Shown here in pieces: positions 1 through 10,886 of a stretch of 64,000 nt of DNA. The position numbers and the translations under genes are program-made. The notes under the pieces are model-generated. The model was not told the DNA's origin. It made no database searches and was given only the letters and a program-made list of their open reading frames with translations. How positions within the stretch are numbered: the first letter of the stretch is position 1; every line of letters begins with the position of its first letter. The stretch is from NCBI GenBank assembly GCA_965218095.1, contig OZ244587.1, positions 5,536,001 through 5,600,000 on the forward strand, given 5' to 3'. The DNA comes from Candidatus Poribacteria bacterium (lineage in GTDB: Bacteria; Poribacteria; WGA-4E; PCPOR2b).

Positions 1-176
1 TCAAATTGTATTAATTTGTCTTGGTACAGATCTTTAAAGAATGTTCCAAAACCAAGTTTTGCTTTATCCTTCTCAAAGATATCAAGAGGGTTTCCGTAAA
101 GAATACTTCTTACTTTCTCTTCGGCAAGCTTTTCGATAATTTCTTCTTTGTATCTTGATAATGTTAAATTAGACAT
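1..176 (-). CDS. 5' part of an AT-rich hypothetical protein running off the window edge
   Basis: Open frame from ATG at 176 (MSNLTLSRYKEEIIEKLAEEKVRSILYGNPLD...) with no stop before base 1; visibly AT-rich. Confidence 0.5.
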   Translation of the reverse strand, partial: MSNLTLSRYKEEIIEKLAEEKVRSILYGNPLDIFEKDKAKLGFGTFFKDLYQDKLIQF

Positions 177-251
177 CAAGATATTTTAACAGAATTTCCT
201 CCAATAGAACATCATCTTTTGAAAGGCTTCATTCACAGTTGCATAGCGTGA

Positions 252-1250
252 CTACTCTTCAAACGCCGAATCAAACGCACGCGCAGACGGCTCGAAGTCG
301 TAACCCTTGACCTTGGCGCACGCTTCGCGCGCCCCGTGCTCGCGGTCCATGCCGCTGTCTTCCCATTCAATTGATAGCGGCCCATCATATCCGATATTAT
401 TGAGCTTCCGGATAATCTCCTCAAAATCGATGTTGCCGCGACCAATTGACCGGAAATCCCAATATCGCCGTGCGTCGCCGAAGTTCAGGTGCCCGCCAAA
501 AACGCCGGAGAGCCGCGGCGTCGGCGACCACCACACGTCCTTCATGTGGGCGTGGTAGATGCGATCGCTGAACCGCTCAATGAATGCGACGTAATCGACG
601 CCTTGATACCCAAGATGGCTTGGATCATAATTAAAGCCAAACGTTTCACGCCCGTTGACTGCCTCAATAGCGCGTTCCGAACTCACGATGTCGAAGGCGA
701 TTTCGGTGGGATGAACTTCAAGTCCGAACTTGATACCAACTTCGTCGAACACATCGAAGACTGGATTCCAACGGTTGGCGAAGTCTTCAAAACCTGCGTC
801 GATTTGCGCAGGGTCGTTGGGCGGGAATGAGTAGAGCAGATGCCAGATGCTGCTGCCGGAAAACCCGTTGACCACGCTCACGCCGAGCTTTGCGCCGGCG
901 CGGGCGGTCTTTTTCATCTCCTCAGCGGCACGCTGACGAACTCCCTCCGTCTCGCCGTCACCCCAGACATGGAGTGGCAGGATGGCTTCGTGGCGACTGT
1001 CGATATTGTCGCAGACTGCCTGTCCGATGAGATGGTTACTAATCGCCCAGACTTTCAAACCGTACTTGGCTAAGAGATCGTGTCGCCCCTGGCAATAGCC
1101 TTCGTCTTCGAGGGCCTTATCGACTTCAAAGTGATCGCCCCAGCATGCCAATTCCAGACCATCGTATCCCCATTCGCTGGCTTTCTGAGCCAGATCTTCG
1201 ATGGGTAAATCCGCCCACTGTCCAGTAAATAGTGTCACAGGTCTTGCCAT
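252..1250 (-). CDS. Sugar phosphate isomerase/epimerase (xylose isomerase-like TIM barrel)
   Basis: Motifs GLEVHP, NYDPSH, HAHMKD, LSIEWED; RBS GGAGG. Confidence 0.9.
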   Translation of the reverse strand: MARPVTLFTGQWADLPIEDLAQKASEWGYDGLELACWGDHFEVDKALEDEGYCQGRHDLLAKYGLKVWAISNHLIGQAVCDNIDSRHEAILPLHVWGDGETEGVRQRAAEEMKKTARAGAKLGVSVVNGFSGSSIWHLLYSFPPNDPAQIDAGFEDFANRWNPVFDVFDEVGIKFGLEVHPTEIAFDIVSSERAIEAVNGRETFGFNYDPSHLGYQGVDYVAFIERFSDRIYHAHMKDVWWSPTPRLSGVFGGHLNFGDARRYWDFRSIGRGNIDFEEIIRKLNNIGYDGPLSIEWEDSGMDREHGAREACAKVKGYDFEPSARAFDSAFEE

Positions 1251-1307
1251 TTGTTACCTCCTTTAGATGGTGGTGAGTGGTGGAATGGATTAGATTTGAT
1301 AACTGTT

Positions 1308-1326
1308 AAATGTCAACAGAACCTAA
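1308..1326. repeat. Solo IS5 terminal inverted repeat
   Basis: AAATGTCAACAGAACCTAA is identical to the end of the IS5 copy at 21662-21680; no IS body adjacent. Confidence 0.7.
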
Positions 1327-1328
1327 TA

Positions 1329-2501
1329 CTACGCCGGCGGTGTGTAGCTCGCGTCCACCCATGCCCGCTGATTCCCACTTTCCACGGACTTGTGGATGAA
1401 GTGTACGCCCCGCGCGCCATCCTGTGCCGTCGGGAAATCCATATCAAATTCACCGGGCGCTTCACCGGCGATCTTTGCCGCCATTGTACGAGTAGCGTTG
1501 ACATAGATGTTTGCAAACGCTTCGATGAACGCTTCCGGATGTCCAAACGGAAGTCGTGAGTTGTGTGCTACGATTGGGTCAACGTAACCATTTCCACGCT
1601 TATAAACATGCTCAGGCCCATCTAGGAAGCGGACGTGGAGGTAATTCGGATTTTCCTGACGCCACTCAAGGGAGGCATCCGTCCCGTAGATACGGATACG
1701 GAAGTTATTCTCCTCACCAACAGCGATCTGGGAAGCGAAAAGAAGACCCCGTGCACCGCCTTTATAATGCACCAGAAGATTCCCATCGTCTTCGAGCTTG
1801 CGCCCCTCGACGAAGGTGGTTAAGTCTGCGCAGATCGTCTCCAATTCCAGGCCGGTAATGTAGTGCGTGAGGTTCTCTGCGTGCGATCCAATGTCGCCAA
1901 TGCAGGATGAAACCCCCGCTTGATTCGGATCCGTCCGCCAGACTGCTTGCTTTGCACCTTCCCCCTCCAGGAATGTTGTCAACCACCCTTGCGAGTATTC
2001 GACGACGATCTTCCGAACCATTCCGAGCTTTCCCTGCGATACTAACTCACGGGCTTGCTTAACCATCGGATAACCGGTGTAGTTATGCGTCAACGCAAAG
2101 ATAATATCGTGTTGCTTCACCAAGCGGCAGATCGCCTCCGCATCTTCCAGCGTTGTCGTCATCGGCTTATCACAGATAATGTGGAAGCCTGCTTCGATGA
2201 ACATCCTGGCGATGTCAAAATGAACATGGTTTGGCGTCACAATGGACACGAAGTCAACCCGTTCCTCCTCTGGCGCTGCACTCTCTTTTTCTGCCATCTC
2301 CTGATATGAGCCGTACACGCGGTTCGGATCAAGCTGCAACTCCACGCCCTGGCGCCGCGATTTTTCAGGCGACGCAGAGAACGCGCCGGCGACCAGTTCG
2401 ATTTCCCCATCGAGCGCCGCTGCCTTCCGGTGGACGGCGCCAATGAATGCGTCTGGCCCGCCACCGACCATTCCATAACGTATTTTCCTTCTGAGTGGCA
2501 T
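1329..2501 (-). CDS. Gfo/Idh/MocA family oxidoreductase
   Basis: GMVGGG...FIGAVH, CDKP, DIGSH, GHPEAFIEAF motifs. Confidence 0.92.
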   Translation of the reverse strand: MPLRRKIRYGMVGGGPDAFIGAVHRKAAALDGEIELVAGAFSASPEKSRRQGVELQLDPNRVYGSYQEMAEKESAAPEEERVDFVSIVTPNHVHFDIARMFIEAGFHIICDKPMTTTLEDAEAICRLVKQHDIIFALTHNYTGYPMVKQARELVSQGKLGMVRKIVVEYSQGWLTTFLEGEGAKQAVWRTDPNQAGVSSCIGDIGSHAENLTHYITGLELETICADLTTFVEGRKLEDDGNLLVHYKGGARGLLFASQIAVGEENNFRIRIYGTDASLEWRQENPNYLHVRFLDGPEHVYKRGNGYVDPIVAHNSRLPFGHPEAFIEAFANIYVNATRTMAAKIAGEAPGEFDMDFPTAQDGARGVHFIHKSVESGNQRAWVDASYTPPA

Positions 2502-2809
2502 ATTGACCTCTCCTTACGATTTCAAAATTAACGCACAAAAATAGGCAGAGATTCCGTTTATCTCCTAAATTCTGGTTGGTATGATTCCACTATTTGCGAA
2601 CACTGATTATAGCATGATTGGGGATTCTTGTCAATCGGTAGGTGTACCAAAATTTATCAATCCCTTGCACCGCAAGCGCAAAAGATGGTAAACTTGCCAT
2701 GACCCTGTTTATCATAGGGCTTACGTGGTTGATTTGATCAATGCAAGCTTCACAGGACGGTACTTTTAAATTTGAAGTGCGTAACTTCTACATCATCAGG
2801 AGGGTGTGT

Positions 2810-3805
2810 ATGGCATTACGAGTTGCAGTGATTGGAATGCGCGGGATTGGCAATACGCATGCCAATGTTTATCACGAGAACGACCTCGCGGAGTTGGTTG
2901 CTGTGTGTGATCTCGTCAAAGAGCGGGCGGACGAATCGGCCCAGCGGCTGGGTGTAAAGGTGTATTACAGCGTCGCAGATCTTTTGGAAAACGAGGAACT
3001 CGACGCCGTCAGCGTCGCAACAGGGGGATTTGAAAACGGCGGCGATCATTTCGAGCCGACGATGCAGGCGCTTGAGGTGGGACTTCATGTGTTGTGTGAA
3101 AAGCCGTTGTCGAACGATGTGGCTCGCGCTCGGGAGATGGTCAACAAAGCGAAGGAAAAAGGGGTTTGCCTCGGAACGAATCTCAACCACCGCTTCACAC
3201 CGTTGGCGATTCAAGCAAAGGAATGGGTGACGAGCGGAAGGCTTGGCGAACTCCTCTTTATCAACATGGCGCTGTGGATTGAGAATCCGAATGAGACATC
3301 ACCGTTTTTCCATCTCAGAGCCCTGCATCCCCATTCGCTCGACGTGATAATGTACTTCTGTGGTCAAGTGGAGAAAGTGCATGCGTTTGCGATGCGTGCG
3401 CCGGGCAGGCGTAATTGGAGCAATGCTTCGATTAACCTCCAATTCAAGAATGGCGCGATTGGGCATCTCAGTGGGAGTTACGATGCAGGGCGCCTCAATG
3501 AACGGTGCGAGGTGGCCGGGACCAATGGACAGTTTGTTATCGACGGGGTGTTCGAGAAGCTGACGTTTTATCCACGACGCGGCGGTGATATCGAAGAGTA
3601 TTTCAACCCACCGACGAGGGAAGAAGGGCACATGGACTCTTTCGCGGATACGTTCAAAACACGGATCGGCGCATGGACACGACAACTTGTCGATGGCGTT
3701 TCACCCGATGAGATTGATGCCTCCGGTGCTGCGGGGCTTGCGACGCAGGAAATCATCGAAGCGGCGATTGAGTCGTTCCAGACCGATACGGTTGTGACGC
3801 TGTAA
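2810..3805 (+). CDS. Gfo/Idh/MocA family oxidoreductase
   Basis: VAVIGMRGIG Rossmann motif, CEKP, NHRF; AGGAGG RBS before ATG 2810. Confidence 0.9.
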   Translation: MALRVAVIGMRGIGNTHANVYHENDLAELVAVCDLVKERADESAQRLGVKVYYSVADLLENEELDAVSVATGGFENGGDHFEPTMQALEVGLHVLCEKPLSNDVARAREMVNKAKEKGVCLGTNLNHRFTPLAIQAKEWVTSGRLGELLFINMALWIENPNETSPFFHLRALHPHSLDVIMYFCGQVEKVHAFAMRAPGRRNWSNASINLQFKNGAIGHLSGSYDAGRLNERCEVAGTNGQFVIDGVFEKLTFYPRRGGDIEEYFNPPTREEGHMDSFADTFKTRIGAWTRQLVDGVSPDEIDASGAAGLATQEIIEAAIESFQTDTVVTL

Positions 3806-4037
3806 CTATTCCTGATGTCTTTCAAGATAGGGAATCGCGAATTCTCCCTTATGGGATGCTGATGGGGAAGGCAACCTCAAAGATCTGCATCGGGTGGAAC
3901 GAGCAAAACCGGTGCCCATAAAGAGCACGAAAAAACGCGGCGTCATTCCCTTATATTGATTGAATTTGATGGCTATGATCGGATTGAATATATATAATCA
4001 GCCAATCCACAAACCAAAATCTGAAATTCACAATCAA

Positions 4038-5036
4038 ATGACGCTCACGAAAATGCCTATCATCACTGTTAAGCATCTCAGCAAGAATTTCAAAGTCTAT
4101 AAACGCCGCACGGGGTTTTGGGGAAGTCTCAGCAACACAGTCTCGCGCAAGTATGATATTATCAAAGCCGTTGATAATGTGAATTTCACCCTTGAGCGTG
4201 GGGAATTGGTGGGATACATCGGTGCCAACGGGGCGGGGAAATCGACAACCATCAAAATGCTGACGGGCATCCTTGTGCCAACTTCGGGACATATTGACGT
4301 GATGGGATTGACGCCATATCACCGCCGGAAGGAAAACGCACGCCGGATTGGTGTCGTGTTCGGACAACGCACCCAACTCTGGTGGGATCTGCCTGTTATT
4401 GACTCCTTTGAGCTGCTCAAGCATATCTACGAAATTCCTCAGAAAGTGTATAAACAGAATCTCGAATTTTTCAGCGAACTGTTGCAATTACAGCCGTTTC
4501 TCTCCACGCCGGTGCGGAAACTGAGTCTTGGACAGCGGATGCGGTGCGATCTGACCGCGGCACTGCTGCATAACCCGGAAATCCTGTATTTAGATGAGCC
4601 GACCATCGGCTTGGATGTGGTCGCCAAAGAGCAGGTTCGCCAGTTTCTCAGGCAGATTAACGCCAAACACCAAGTGACGGTTATCCTGACGACGCATGAC
4701 CTCAACGATATCGAGAAAGTCTGTCAACGATTGATTATCATTGACAGCGGCAAAATCATCTATGACGGCGGCGTTGATGCGTTGAAAAAACGCTACGGCA
4801 AAACCCGGATGCTCATTGTTGACCTTGCACAGACGTATCCCGATATTCAACTTGCGGGCGTGAATCTGACCCGGCGCGAAGGAAATCGTATCTGGCTTGG
4901 GTTTGACCGAGATACGGTTTCCGCTTCCGAAGTCATCGCACAGTTGGCTGCGCGCTACGAGATTCAAGATTTGACAATCTCAGAACCGGAAATTGAGGAG
5001 ATTGTTCGACGGATATATGGGGCGGGCATGCGTTAA
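4038..5036 (+). CDS. ABC-2 type exporter ATP-binding protein
   Basis: Walker A GANGAGKST, signature LSLGQ, Walker B LYLDEP, FGQRTQLWWDLP motif; start codon uncertain. Confidence 0.92.
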   Translation: MTLTKMPIITVKHLSKNFKVYKRRTGFWGSLSNTVSRKYDIIKAVDNVNFTLERGELVGYIGANGAGKSTTIKMLTGILVPTSGHIDVMGLTPYHRRKENARRIGVVFGQRTQLWWDLPVIDSFELLKHIYEIPQKVYKQNLEFFSELLQLQPFLSTPVRKLSLGQRMRCDLTAALLHNPEILYLDEPTIGLDVVAKEQVRQFLRQINAKHQVTVILTTHDLNDIEKVCQRLIIIDSGKIIYDGGVDALKKRYGKTRMLIVDLAQTYPDIQLAGVNLTRREGNRIWLGFDRDTVSASEVIAQLAARYEIQDLTISEPEIEEIVRRIYGAGMR

Positions 5037-5058
5037 CCCAAGTATTAATCTATTGGAG

Positions 5059-5155
5059 AGAAACCGAGTTTTTCATTGGCGAATCGCCCACGAGCATTCA
5101 ATTCAGCCGATTTGGGCAACAATTGTGGGGGTAGGTTTCAAAAACTCGGTTTCTG
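5059..5155. repeat. REP-like inverted repeat
   Basis: AGAAACCGAGTTTTT ... AAAAACTCGGTTTCT. Confidence 0.6.
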
Positions 5156-5183
5156 ACGGATGGCTTATCTGGGTGGAAACTTA

Positions 5184-5306
5184 GGGCGTGTTGACGAACT
5201 CAGGGAAACGCACTCGTCACACGCTTCCGCTCGAGCGGAAAAGGCATTTCCCGATCCTTTGGATTGGCAAATCCAAAGGGAGCAAGAGGAATTCGTCAAC
5301 AGCCCC
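5184..5306. mobile_element. MITE with IS5-like ends
   Basis: TIRs GGGCGTGTTGACGAACT / AATTCGTCAACAGCCC with TA flanks; non-coding; related to 15375-15502. Confidence 0.65.
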
Positions 5307-5446
5307 TAGGTGAGTTAAGTCATTTTCAGTATTTTGGAAGGTTGGAAGAATGGAAGGATGGGGTTTGCCCTTGTGCGTCCTTCGGATGGTCAGATGACTG
5401 AGCACATCTCGCCCTTCGCCTTGTCACTCCAAAAAATGCCCAAATC

Positions 5447-5529
5447 AGGGGTTGACGCACCTTGATTTCTGCACCACCCTCTGAACTCCTGAACTCAAGG
5501 GTTGACGCTTAGAATTATGCACCACCCTC
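5447..5529. repeat. Tandem pair of hairpin units
   Basis: GGGTTGACGC...TGCACCACCCT occurs twice. Confidence 0.55.
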
Positions 5530-5551
5530 ATTTAATACCCACTTACCATTT

Positions 5552-6352
5552 ATGATGAAGAAATACCTCGCTTTTACGGCAAAAGCCTTTCAGCGGATGC
5601 TGACATATCGGTTCGAATTATGGATGGAACTGTTTATCAACGTGCTGTTCATGCTGGTCTATGTCTATCTGTGGAAGGCATTATACACGGAGCGAACATC
5701 GGTAGAAGGATACGACCTGAACGGGATTCTGACGTATATCGTCATCTCACAGACCTTGCTGTCCTTCACTTTTACACTCCGGGTGACGCGTATTATCGAA
5801 GATAAGGTACGCACCGGCAAGGTGGTCACGGATTTAATGAAACCGGTCGATTTTCAGTTGATGACGCTTGCTACGGCCGCGGGAACTTCGAGCCATATGG
5901 CACTATTCAATATGTTCCCCAAACTCTTACTGTTTTACGGCCTTCTGAGGCTATCGCTACCGCCATCGCTTTCGACTGTAGGGCTCTTTATCATCAGCGT
6001 GGTCTTAGGGTATCTCATTCTATTTAGTATCGAATTTATAATCGGCATGTTGGCCTTCTGGCTTGTCGAAGTCCGCGGCATTTACTACTTTGTTGTATGG
6101 GGGGTATCTATGTTGTTTTCAGGCTACTTTCTGCCGTTGGAGTTCTATCCCGACTTCTTAGCCAAAATCGCGGCGCTCTTGCCGTTTCGTGCTATTATCT
6201 ATTTTCCAACGGCCCTTTATACCGGCCAATTGACAGGCACCTCCCTGGTCACGGCACTGTTGATACAATTGACATGGGTGGTTGTGTTATTGGGGCTTGG
6301 GCGACTTGGATACCGCGCGGACTTCCGGAAACTGGTTGTTCAGGGCGGATAA
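5552..6352 (+). CDS. ABC-2 family permease (DUF990-like)
   Basis: About six TM segments, DLMKP and LPFRAIIYFP motifs; follows the ATPase. Confidence 0.88.
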   Translation: MMKKYLAFTAKAFQRMLTYRFELWMELFINVLFMLVYVYLWKALYTERTSVEGYDLNGILTYIVISQTLLSFTFTLRVTRIIEDKVRTGKVVTDLMKPVDFQLMTLATAAGTSSHMALFNMFPKLLLFYGLLRLSLPPSLSTVGLFIISVVLGYLILFSIEFIIGMLAFWLVEVRGIYYFVVWGVSMLFSGYFLPLEFYPDFLAKIAALLPFRAIIYFPTALYTGQLTGTSLVTALLIQLTWVVVLLGLGRLGYRADFRKLVVQGG

Positions 6353-6538
6353 AATGAGTACAACTGAAAAATGGTCTGAATCACGAATTAAACAGATGGC
6401 ACGGATAACGCGGATTAAGAACCGATTCAACCTTTCGATAATAAATCCGCGAACAGTCGGCAATTCGGACAATTTCTGAATCCCCGAAGGGCAAGATACA
6501 AGGACAAACGTCAATCTTCCATTCGTCGCGATACGTTC

Positions 6539-7650
6539 TGTCAAGTCCTGGTTCTGTTGACATTTCAAGGGAGCCATATAAGAGTAGAGACAAAGCTGAG
6601 AAATCCAAAATAACGGATAGCTAACTTCTCGAACCGAGAGAAGATGCGGCGATACCATTTTATCTTGTTAATGAAACATTCAACCAGATGTCTCTCTTTG
6701 TACAGATGTTTGTCGTAATCTCTTTGGTCAACACGATGACTTTTGGGCGGTATCACCGCAATCGCTCCATTCGCCTCAATAACGGCGATAAAATTGTCGG
6801 AGTCATATCCCTTGTCTCCAATCACATACTCGCTTTTATATCCAAGTATCAACCCTTCTGCTTCCGCTATGTCGTTTCTTTGACCGGGTGTCAGATGTAT
6901 TCTTAGGGGATTACCCAGGCCGTCAACGGTGATGTGAATTTTTGTACTGAATCCCCCGCGAGAGCAGCCTAACGCTTGGTTTTCAGTGCCACCCTTTTTT
7001 TTAAGGCACCCGCCGCAGACGGGTGCGCGCGGCAGATTGTACTGTCCACAATAAGCGACTCGATATCGGGGTCGGCGGCGAAGTGGGGATGCATCTGTGT
7101 GAAGACCCCTTTGTCGCACCACCGAGCAAACCGCTTATAGAGGGTGTTCGATTTACCATAGGTGTCTGGCAGAAGTCTCCATTGAGCCCCGCTACGGGGC
7201 GCCCAGAGAACAGCTTCGATAAAGCGGCGTGTTGTCGCTTCGTTGCCAACATAGATGGTGGGACAAGTTAGAAGAAACGAGTATATCTTTTTCCATTGGT
7301 CATCGGGTAAGGTTATTGGCATCATTCTTCTATTATGCCACAACCTTATACTCAAATATCAACAGAACCTAATATAGGTTTACATGAAATCACCTGAACT
7401 TCTAGTCATTTAGAGAGACTTTTTGACGACTTTTCTGATAAACCGCCTCAGGGGTTTGATATCCCAAACTGAGATGAGGCCGCTCGTTGCTATAGATAGA
7501 AACGCTTTGTTTGACGCCAACTGTGGCTTGTTGTATCAAGCCAAAGGTCTGATTTAACAGAAAGTCGATTTTCAAAATGCCATTGACCTGTTCAGCGACG
7601 GCGTTTTGGTAGACGTCGCCGTTTTGTGTCATGCTCATTCGCACGCCATG
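6539..7650 (-). pseudogene. IS3 family remnant (integrase C-terminus and right end) with IS5 copy 1 inserted in its terminal repeat
   Basis: ORF 7402-7644 NAVAEQVNGILK...ERPHLSLGYQTP; on the minus strand the end reads TGTAAACCTATATTA[IS5]AGGACTTGACA. Confidence 0.75.
6550..7369 (-). mobile_element. IS5 family (IS427-like) element, copy 1; two ORFs joined by an A-run frameshift
   Basis: TIR GGTTCTGTTGA; ORFs 6969-7355 and 6565-7122 with RSGAQWRLLP, GDKGYDSD, ERHLVECF. Confidence 0.93.
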
Positions 7651-7701
7651 TGAATCAAGGAAATCGGTGTAGGTATGACAACAGTATTGGACACCTCACT
7701 T

Positions 7702-8492
7702 ATGCGACGTTACTGCAAACTCTACTTTCTTCTCGCCGGCGCGTATGTGCGCACCGGCTCTCGTTCGGTCTCATGTGCCTCGGAATCGTTGCCAGCGAAG
7801 CCTGTCTGCTCGGCCTGTTAGGTGCTTTGTTCGCCAAGTTTCGCGCTGTGAATGGGTGGACGTGGGCAGAAGTTGTATTCCTGTACGGCCTAGGGAACAT
7901 GGCGTACTCACTCATGATGATATTGGGCAGCCAGCTCGACGATTTTGACAGGTACATTATTCGTGGCGAGTTGGACACAGTGCTGATTAAACCTGTGCCG
8001 CCGCTATTCTACATTCTTGCGAGTCAAGTGGAGTTCATCCACGTCTCGCGGGCGTTAGCAAGTATCGCTATCTTCGTTGTCGCGTTCCACTTGACCGATA
8101 TCCCTTGGACGATGAGCGTTACGCTGTTCACCCTCACAACAATTCTGAGTGGTACGGTGATTATGTTTACACTCATGCTCATCACTGCCACTGTCGCGCT
8201 ATGGGCGACAAAATCGGGAAAATTGACCAATCTGCTCATTACCGCGACCAAAGAGGCAGCCACTTTTCCCATCTCCATCTACCCGCTCGCCGTGCGCCTA
8301 CTTTTGACGTTTATTCTCCCCGTCGCTTTCGTGACGTATTATCCCGCCCAGCGGCTCCTTCAGAAAGGTGAGTTTCTCGGTATGCCTGAATATTTTCAAT
8401 TCGGCGCGCCCTTCGTTGCCATTCTGTTGTTGTTTTTTAGCTATGTATTTTGGTGGCTCGGGCTGCGGCGCTATCACAGTACAGGCTCCTGA
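7702..8492 (+). pseudogene. ABC-2 family permease (second permease), frameshifted near the 5' end
   Basis: ATG 7702 gives MRRYCKLYFLLAGAYVRT, which is out of frame with RLSFGLMCLG...; motifs GELDTVLIKP, FPISIYP, YHSTGS. Confidence 0.75.
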
Positions 8493-8689
8493 GGCGTTGC
8501 ACATCGAAGGATCCCAATCGAGGATCGGGACAAGCCTTCGATTCTCAGGGATTTTTACCATTACCACGTCTGTTCACTCTCACCTCCGTTCTCTCTTTTC
8601 TCGCCCGGATCTTTGATCGGGGTCTATGCCGGGCTGCTGATTAGCGATGTGCTGGGGTGATGCCATTTCTATATACTGGAGGGGAAAGC

Positions 8690-9827
8690 CTGTTATATCC
8701 TCCATGTCCCTGAACTGGATCGCTAGATGATCTGGAGACAAGTCTATTGGCAAGTTGATTTTGGGCTTGAATTGCGTGTACAAATATCTTAACCCAAGTT
8801 GCCACCTATTATCGAATAGGCGATTGAACTCAGAGTTGATTGATACTGCTGGCTAATACAAACAAGACCACTTTCAATTCAAATCCCTGTCGTGTCACCG
8901 CATGGATACAACGGGGGAGCAATCTCTCAATTAAACTCCCAACCGTCTCAACAGACTTACGATAGTAATTAGCCAAATAGGTCTCCCATGGCGGGTAGGC
9001 ACGCTTGGAATTCTGCTTGCGTATCGGCTTTAATTCCACTTCGACTGTTGCAACTATATCTTCTATCTCATAGTTATTGTACGCTTTGTCACCGTAGACT
9101 CGACTCCCCGGTGGCAAGTCGAAATCAAACCACTGTAACCCTTCAACGTCGCCTGTGCCCGCTGAGGTCACAAAGAATTCAACCGGTTGTTGGCTCGCGG
9201 TCACTAGCAGATGAACCTTCAAGCCATAGAAATACCGACGTTTGGACGCTTGATAGCCCCGAAATGCCTCATCGGTGTAGAGTTTCGACCGACAAATACG
9301 AATATTGTCACAGACCGCAATCGGCATAGTATCCATCACATAGATTTTCTGTTGATTGAGTTGTACATAGCTTTGTGCCAAGATTTTGAACAATGTGATG
9401 AACATCGGTTTAATTCGATGAAGTCGTCGATTGAATCGACTCTTTGAGAGCATCTTTGGGATATAGCCATGAGTGTGGAGAAAGTCTCGAGTTGTTTGAA
9501 AGTTTGCCCCAAAAAACAGGGCAGCGACGCCGCCGGTGGTCATCACCTCGGCATCAGACATCTGAGTTTGTGGGTGCGGTCTCGGGTTAAAGGCTTCTAA
9601 GAGCTTGTCACAGAGATAGAAAATGGTTGCAATTTGTATGTCCATGGGTTTCTCCTTTGAGGTGTTATGGTTGACTACCTCAATTTTAACGGAAAACCCA
9701 TGGATTTTCAATTACTAGCAACTTGGGTTATATTATCAAAATCATTATCGCAGTCAGCTTCTATCTTTAACCGAATCTTGCGGATTTCTTCGACTATAGG
9801 GTCTTTCCACATAACAGTTGGTTTCAT
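8690..9827 (-). pseudogene. Small hypothetical gene interrupted by IS982
   Basis: Removing the IS restores MKPTVMWKDPIVEEIRKIRLKIEADCDNDFDKIFVHAIQAQNQLANRLVSR; left coordinate approximate. Confidence 0.6.
8792..9728 (-). mobile_element. IS982 family element (transposase 8830-9645)
   Basis: TIR ACCCAAGTTGC / GCAACTTGGGT; MSDAEVMT, GYQASKRRYFYGLKVH, GDKAY; imperfect 7-bp TSD TATCTTA/TATATTA. Confidence 0.92.
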
Positions 9828-10085
9828 AGTGAGAGATTTTCGGTTCGCGTTTGGCACCACATCCCCACCAAACTTTAAAGTTGTCAGCGTAAGATTCTGT
9901 TCAAGGATATGTGCAACACATAACTGACATTCTTAGACGAAAAACTCCGTCAAGTCACAAATATTATAGCATGATCGTCTGGACTTAGAAATTCTTTTTT
10001 CGCTTGACGGAAATCGAGGGATGTGATAAATTCCGACTAATCTGCTTTCCAATATATCATCCTTCCACGACGTTCAAAACATCAC

Positions 10086-10559
10086 ATGCGCATGACATTC
10101 CTACCGGCTTTGATACAATGGCTTCACGTCGGATTAGTCGTGCTGCTGATTGGCGGCTTCTTCTTTCTCCGGGTGATTCTTCTGCCTTCGACCAAAGTGC
10201 TTCCCGAAAATCAGCAGTCCAAACTCCTAGAAGCGGCATTTCGCCGATTCAGGGTTACCATCTGGGTCGCGCTGGTGACAATTCTGTTGTCCGGCGTTTA
10301 CAATTTTATCGCCTTCATGAAATCGACGAGAGCCGCCGCTTGGGAATCCATCGAACCTGCCCAGGATCCTTCCTTATATATCCTTGTATTAGGAGTCAAG
10401 CTCTTTATCGTCTTTCTCATATTTACCTTCGGCATTCTGATGACGTTCCCTTATCCTGTTTTCGCGCCTATCCAAAAACGTCCTGCGTCATGGCTGAACT
10501 TGACGCTGGTGTTGGGGCTGATCGTGATCTTCTTGTCGGCGTTTCTGCGGCGGTTGTAG
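10086..10559 (+). CDS. Four-TM membrane protein (CopD/DUF4149-like)
   Basis: WLHV...GG and LLSGVYN pattern; four hydrophobic helices. Confidence 0.7.
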   Translation: MRMTFLPALIQWLHVGLVVLLIGGFFFLRVILLPSTKVLPENQQSKLLEAAFRRFRVTIWVALVTILLSGVYNFIAFMKSTRAAAWESIEPAQDPSLYILVLGVKLFIVFLIFTFGILMTFPYPVFAPIQKRPASWLNLTLVLGLIVIFLSAFLRRL

Positions 10560-10886
10560 TTGCCTGGATTCCAATGACTAAACTCAATCCTTTTCGCCCG
10601 GCGATGTTTTAAACCGCAAATTATCCACCCGACCGGTGAAATCCCAACTACTCCCCCGAAGGATAGTTCTCGTAATCACTGTCGGCTCCAAGTCTGGATT
10701 GTAGGGATGCGTTTCGACGCCAAACCAACCGTCGCGGACATTTTCCTTATGACCGCACAAATGTATGATTTCTTTCAGATTTGGCGAAGTGTAGATAACC
10801 CACCCGTTTTGTCGTATTTCCAGGGGGAGCGCCTCGCCGCCAGCCGGGATGGCAATCCTGACATAGTAGTTCGCAACCCTCGCCGC

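Noticed and set aside
5447-5529. Mini CRISPR array
   Set aside because: Only two imperfect hairpin units; better explained as REP-like
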